From Candidatus Adlerbacteria bacterium RIFOXYC1_FULL_48_26 (lineage in GTDB: Bacteria; Patescibacteriota; Minisyncoccia; Phycocordibacterales; SBAW01): a DNA stretch of 64,000 nt. The stretch spans positions 2,141 to 66,140 of the forward strand of contig MEXB01000008.1 of NCBI GenBank assembly GCA_001773575.1, given 5' to 3'. Under the pieces are notes generated by a model, which worked only from the letters and a program-made list of their open reading frames with translations, searched no databases and was not told the origin of the DNA. Each line of letters starts with the position of its first letter. Within the stretch, counting starts at the first letter, position 1. The position numbers and the translations under genes were made by a program. Of this stretch, positions 61,146 through 64,000 are shown in pieces.

Positions 61146-61880
61146 ATGATTAGGGTATTAGGCGTAGCTGCCTTTGTTCTGCTGTTCTTGGCAGGATGTG
61201 TCAGCGATGGTGGTGGTCCTGTAACAAGCTCCGCCTACGGACCAGCCGTCGTGGAATCCTGCGGTGGCGATGATGAATGCGCTGTGATGGTCGCCGACCG
61301 TCCCAACGAGGTGCTCTACTTCGCGCCCGGTGCGTCGTGGGCCGCCGGCCCGCTCTACACCGTTCCGTGGGAGCCAACCTACATGCTTCCGTACCGCGTC
61401 CGCTACTACAATGGCTGGGGCGGTACTGTCGTGACCAACACGGTCTGGCGCGATGTCGCCGTTCGTCGGGGCTGGAATCGCTCCGTCGTCGTCGCGCATA
61501 ATGCTCCGAGGGGTGTCATGCCGTTCCGCGGCAACCCCTCGATACGTTTGTCGGACGGTCGTTCGATCGCCTACAACAATCGTCACAGCGCCGTCCACCA
61601 GGTTCGTTTGAACCAGGGTCGCAATTTCACGCCGCGTCCTCCGGTTCACGCTGGTGTGACGCCGCGGCACACAGCTCCGCCGCAGCACACGCGGCCGCCG
61701 CAGCATACGACCCCGTCTCGGCCGCCGACGCGTACGACGGCTCCGCCTTCGCGGCCTCCGCCGCGTGCAACGCCTCCACAACGTCCGCCGCAGCACGTCA
61801 CCACGCCACGTCCTGCTCCTCGGCCGGCCCCGCCGCCTCAGCGTCGCAACTGCGGTGGGCACAACCAGCCCAAGTGCTGA
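61146..61880 (+). CDS. orphan lipoprotein-like protein with Pro/Arg-rich tail
   Basis: LAGC lipobox; GAGGAG SD favours ATG 61146; repeated PPQH motifs; terminator aaagcgcgc/gtgcgcttt. Confidence 0.7.
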   Translation: MIRVLGVAAFVLLFLAGCVSDGGGPVTSSAYGPAVVESCGGDDECAVMVADRPNEVLYFAPGASWAAGPLYTVPWEPTYMLPYRVRYYNGWGGTVVTNTVWRDVAVRRGWNRSVVVAHNAPRGVMPFRGNPSIRLSDGRSIAYNNRHSAVHQVRLNQGRNFTPRPPVHAGVTPRHTAPPQHTRPPQHTTPSRPPTRTTAPPSRPPPRATPPQRPPQHVTTPRPAPRPAPPPQRRNCGGHNQPKC

Positions 61881-61991
61881 GCAGGCAATCTAACATCCGC
61901 TACAAAGCGCGCTCCAAAAGGGTGCGCTTTTTCTTTTCATAGACTCAACATTATCGGTATTGTATAGTGTGGCCGGAAAGGAGTTCGTCTC

Positions 61992-62264
61992 ATGAATCTC
62001 AAATCGTGTATCGCTATTGCGACTGCTGCGCTGTCTGTTGCTGCGTGCGAGGTACGGCCTCTCTACCAGCCGCCGATAGTCGAAGTCCCCGGCGACTACT
62101 ACTATCCGTACAACTGCTACGAGTTCGGGTGCGCGCGTCGTGTCGTCGTGGTCAGTGGTCGCCGAGGCTACTACATCGGACCGAGGTTCTACCCGTATGT
62201 CGGGCCGGTCTACTATCACGGCTACGGCCCCTGGCGCCGGCCCGTGCGTATCTACTACGGCTGA
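61992..62264 (+). CDS. orphan Tyr-rich small lipoprotein-like protein
   Basis: VAAC lipobox; TAGACT-17-TATAGT promoter, AAGGAG SD, terminator aaccgcc/ggcggtt. Confidence 0.65.
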   Translation: MNLKSCIAIATAALSVAACEVRPLYQPPIVEVPGDYYYPYNCYEFGCARRVVVVSGRRGYYIGPRFYPYVGPVYYHGYGPWRRPVRIYYG

Positions 62265-62335
62265 AGTTCACTAACCGCCTGAGCCATGTGTTCGGGCGGT
62301 TTTCCTTTTGTTACATAGCTTGTTATAGTCTCTCA

Positions 62336-63436
62336 ATGGGTTTATCTATAGGAATCGTAGGGCTCCCCAACGTGGGGAAGTCCACTCTCTTTAATGCACT
62401 TACTAAGAAGAGTGTCTTGGCAGCTAACTATCCGTTTGCAACTATTGATCCTTCAGTTGGGGTTGTGTCCGTTCCTGACGAACGCGTAGACAAGCTTGCT
62501 GAATTCTCAAACTCTGAAAAGAAAGTTCCTGCTGCTATTGAGTTCGTCGATATTGCAGGGTTGGTAAAGGGCGCCTCAGAAGGTGAAGGTTTGGGTAACA
62601 AATTCCTTTCACATATCCGTGAAGTTGATGCCATCGCCCATGTGGTGCGTATTTTCGATAACACCAATATCATGCACGTAGATGGGGAAGTGAACCCTCT
62701 TCGCGATATTGAAACCATCAACCTCGAACTTATTTTGGCCGACTTGGAAACTGTACAGAAGCGCCTTGAGTCTGTGACGCGTGATGTTAAGCAGGGCAAG
62801 AAAGAGGCGATACTTGAAGAGGGGGCTATACAAAAAGCATTTGCGCTCCTCCAAGAAAGCAGAATGGCAAGTGAGGGTGAATATACACAGGAAGAGCGCA
62901 ATGCTTTGAAAGGTTTGCACTTGCTCACAATGAAGCCAATGCTCTATGTGCTAAACAAAGAAGCGGGTGGGCATAACCTCGATGAATTGAATGACGGCCG
63001 TTTCGAACGCCTCCAAGAATTTATCGACACAAGTGCCGCGTCATATGTTGTTGTTGATGCGAATGTTGAAAGCGAGCTTCGTGAACTCCACGCTGATGAC
63101 AAAACTTCGTTCCGTCAGGAATACGGAGTGTTTGATGATGGCGTAGATGCACTTATTAAAGCGGGGTACCAGTTGCTCGGTCTTATGAGCTTCTTTACTA
63201 CCGGCCCTGGCGAAACTCATGCATGGACTATTCCTGTTGGCTCCACCGCACCAGAAGCAGGGGCTGCTATCCATACAGACTTTTTCAATAAGTTTATTCG
63301 TGCAGAAGTAATCGGCTGGGATACGCTGATTGAGGCCGGTTCTTACCCCAAAGCACGCGAAAAGGGTCTTGTTCGTACAGAAGGCAAAGAATACATAGTT
63401 AAAAACGGAGACATTATCGAATTCTTACATAGCTAA
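62336..63436 (+). CDS. ychF: redox-regulated ATPase YchF
   Basis: GIVGLPNVGKST, ANYPFATI, DIAGLV, IHTDF; start at MGLS. Confidence 0.96.
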   Translation: MGLSIGIVGLPNVGKSTLFNALTKKSVLAANYPFATIDPSVGVVSVPDERVDKLAEFSNSEKKVPAAIEFVDIAGLVKGASEGEGLGNKFLSHIREVDAIAHVVRIFDNTNIMHVDGEVNPLRDIETINLELILADLETVQKRLESVTRDVKQGKKEAILEEGAIQKAFALLQESRMASEGEYTQEERNALKGLHLLTMKPMLYVLNKEAGGHNLDELNDGRFERLQEFIDTSAASYVVVDANVESELRELHADDKTSFRQEYGVFDDGVDALIKAGYQLLGLMSFFTTGPGETHAWTIPVGSTAPEAGAAIHTDFFNKFIRAEVIGWDTLIEAGSYPKAREKGLVRTEGKEYIVKNGDIIEFLHS

Positions 63437-63455
63437 AAAGTGGTAGAATCTACCT

Positions 63456-64000
63456 ATGAATAAAACAACCCCAAAAGACTTCTTTCTCTGGGCGGGCGCA
63501 ATGGTCGCCCTCTTCGCAAGCATCGGTGCGTTTATAGGATTGGTGTTTGATTACATAAACTACGCCTTTCCAGATCCTCTCGCATATTACGCAAGCAACC
63601 CATATCAAAGCGGCGTGGCGTACGAAATGTCATCGCTTATTATTCTCGGCGCAGTGTGCATTATATTGATGCGCGTCATCCACAGCACTATCCAGAAAGA
63701 TCCAACTCGTGCAGACATCTGGGTTCGTCGCTGGGCACTGTTCCTTACGCTCTTCGTAGCCGGTGCAGCTATCGCAATTGACCTTATCGTTCTCCTCACT
63801 ACATTCTTGAATGGTGAAGAGCTCTCAGTTCGTTTCCTCTTAAAGGTTGCTGTTGTATTACTTGTCGCAGCGGCAGGCTTTATGCATTTCTGGGCAGACC
63901 TTCGTGGCTACTGGACCGCAAATCCAAAACTCTCAATGCGCGTAAGTATTGCTGTCGGCGTACTCGTTGTTGCAACTATCGTTTCAGGATTCTTTATCCT
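63456..64000 (+). CDS. DUF5671-like membrane protein, 3' partial
   Basis: MNKTTPKDFFLW..., RRWALFLTLF, DLI.LL..FL.GE. Confidence 0.7.
   Translation, partial: MNKTTPKDFFLWAGAMVALFASIGAFIGLVFDYINYAFPDPLAYYASNPYQSGVAYEMSSLIILGAVCIILMRVIHSTIQKDPTRADIWVRRWALFLTLFVAGAAIAIDLIVLLTTFLNGEELSVRFLLKVAVVLLVAAAGFMHFWADLRGYWTANPKLSMRVSIAVGVLVVATIVSGFFI

Noticed and set aside
61158-61862. Arg-rich 234-aa minus-strand ORF
   Set aside because: Antisense of the Pro-rich lipoprotein gene
61967-62335. Apparent N-terminal extension of YchF
   Set aside because: Overlaps a separate cassette gene and its terminator; the true start is 62336

Overview
Core-genome window from a small-genome bacterium, most likely Patescibacteria/CPR (Parcubacteria-like). 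The assignment is inferred from gene content: minimal F1F0 ATP synthase with truncated delta and epsilon subunits, short UvrC, PIF1 helicase, DprA-TopA, LemA-TPM, pilin, DUF5671-type membrane protein and almost no biosynthetic pathways. It holds 4 tRNAs (Trp, Leu, Gln, Ala), rpmG (missed by the ORF track), uvrBAC, atpBEFHAGDC, an ApbE/FMN-binding/RnfD-FNR flavinylation module, a RAYT transposase with REP-like repeats and a tRNA-linked GIY-YIG nuclease. Four features go beyond standard annotation. (1) Two gene grammars coexist: core genes look leaderless (TAnnnT box 5-9 nt before the start, no SD), while about nine scattered orphan genes, mostly GC3-rich, are self-contained cassettes with promoter, strong SD and usually a terminator. 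These include lone purH-N and pyrF, a lone receiver domain, a Zn-finger peptide and four lipobox proteins. (2) In-frame DNA hairpins appear as extra peptide loops inside topA, uvrA and other conserved genes. (3) A 6S-RNA-like unannotated transcript candidate lies next to rarA. (4) A cargo gene sits between REP copies. All protein calls come from motif recognition by eye; no searches were run.
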